Below are positions 18,958 through 20,000 of a stretch of 20,000 nucleotides of DNA, in pieces. Source of the DNA: Thraustochytrium aureum (lineage: Eukaryota); assembly GCA_012862495.1 (NCBI GenBank), contig BLSG01000091.1:168422-188421 (forward strand), written 5' to 3'. The position numbers were made by a program, and so were the translations under genes. The notes below the pieces were generated by a model. That model was not told the origin of the DNA, searched no databases, and saw only the letters and a program-made list of their open reading frames with translations. The first letter of the stretch is position 1; every line of letters starts with the position of its first letter.

Positions 18958-19542
18958 TTAGCGACGACGAGGGCACTTCTTGACGCACTTATTTCCGCGC
19001 TTGAAGGTGCCTTCGGGGCAACCGCAGCCAGACTTGAGGCACGCGCGGCTGAGCCAGCACAAATCCGAAACGGGCTTTCCGCCGCACTCGCTAACGCAGT
19101 TTGCCTGGCACTTGATGTAAACAAGGCTTCCAGGGCAGACCGGGTCGGTGCTCGCCTCCGCGGCGGGAGCGGGCTCGGCAGGAGCGGCCTCGCCTAGCAC
19201 GGCGGAGCACTGCCAGTCGCTGTGGCAGGTCTTGGTCTTCTCGTCAAAGTACTCTGGATACTCACAGACGCACCGGGACTTGGGTCCACAGGACCTGTCG
19301 CAGAAATCATCCTCTGGCGCGGGCGGCGCCACCCCGCACAAAAGCGGGCAGGCGCTGGGACAGGTCGAGTAAAACCCTTCGCCGCAGTCAGGCACCGCCT
19401 TCTTGCGGATCCTCTTCCCCAACTCGGCCCTCAGTCCGCTCCGCTCGCCAAGCGCGAGCCCCAGCGCCTCGGCGCGCGCCCCGCTCCCGTTCAGCACCGC
19501 CACGGCCACGGCGAGCGCCGCGAGCCTGGCAACCCTGGTCAT
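18958..19542 (-). CDS. Secreted protein with two TIL (trypsin-inhibitor-like, 10-Cys) domains, 194 aa
   Basis: Signal peptide MTRVARLAALAVAVAVLNGSGARA. Two modules of exactly 10 Cys with C-x3-C-x3-C and CxC spacing (19207-19386 and 18973-19137), joined by an A/P/E linker. Confidence 0.82.
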   Translation of the reverse strand: MTRVARLAALAVAVAVLNGSGARAEALGLALGERSGLRAELGKRIRKKAVPDCGEGFYSTCPSACPLLCGVAPPAPEDDFCDRSCGPKSRCVCEYPEYFDEKTKTCHSDWQCSAVLGEAAPAEPAPAAEASTDPVCPGSLVYIKCQANCVSECGGKPVSDLCWLSRACLKSGCGCPEGTFKRGNKCVKKCPRRR

Positions 19543-19601
19543 GGCCGTGTCGCAGTTTCGCCTCGAGCGTCTGCGCGTTTCGCAACCCGCGTCCAGGACC
19601 T

Positions 19602-19639
19602 ACCGACCGACCGACCGACCGACCGACCGACCGACCGAC
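19602..19639. repeat. (ACCG)9 tetranucleotide microsatellite upstream of the TIL gene
   Basis: Perfect accg x9 + ac, ~60 bp upstream of ATG 19542. Confidence 0.95.
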
Positions 19640-20000
19640 GCGCGCCGTTTGCGGTCTGCTCCTGCCGGACACGAGCAGCGGCCCTTTTGCCTTGGTGGAC
19701 CTCCTGCACTGCCCCTGATCCGTTCCGAAGCCGGCAGGCACAGAGAGCGCCACTGGCCCACTCGCTGAACGTGTTCAACAATCAGTCTTGAAAATCAACA
19801 AAAGAAACACACGTTTCTTGTTTCTTTCAATTGATGTTGAAACGCCCGCGGGGGTCAGTACCGCGGGTTCCCCACAGCGGCAAAACCAGCTCTACACATA
19901 CCTATTAGCGAACGAGGATGACTACTACTAATTTGCCTAGCGGTTTGGCCGATGTGACTCGGCCAACCTGCCCCGCTGCCCCAGCGGCAACCAAAGCGCC

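Overview
Gene-dense, GC-rich eukaryotic genomic scaffold. It has short GT-AG spliceosomal introns with CTAAC/CTGAC branch sites. The organism is probably a protist, possibly stramenopile-like, but this cannot be fixed from sequence alone. There are five N gaps. Genes in order: a PUT/LAT-type APC polyamine/amino-acid transporter (+), a basic low-complexity hypothetical protein (+), a GT23/FUT8-like fucosyltransferase (+), a large acidic repeat-rich WW-domain protein (-), a bacterial-looking imidazolonepropionase HutI with two introns (+), a glucosidase II beta/PRKCSH-like MRH protein without HDEL (-), a predicted type II membrane TTL-family ATP-grasp ligase (+) and a secreted double-TIL cysteine-rich protein (-). 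Five of these genes are broken by single-base indels, mostly placeable in short homopolymer runs and in both directions. These most likely reflect sequencing error, not pseudogenisation or editing. No rRNA, tRNA, CRISPR array or mobile element was recognised. The best leads are the luminal TTL-like ligase, the intron-bearing bacterial-type HutI and the TIL protein. All family calls come from motif recognition by eye, with no database search.
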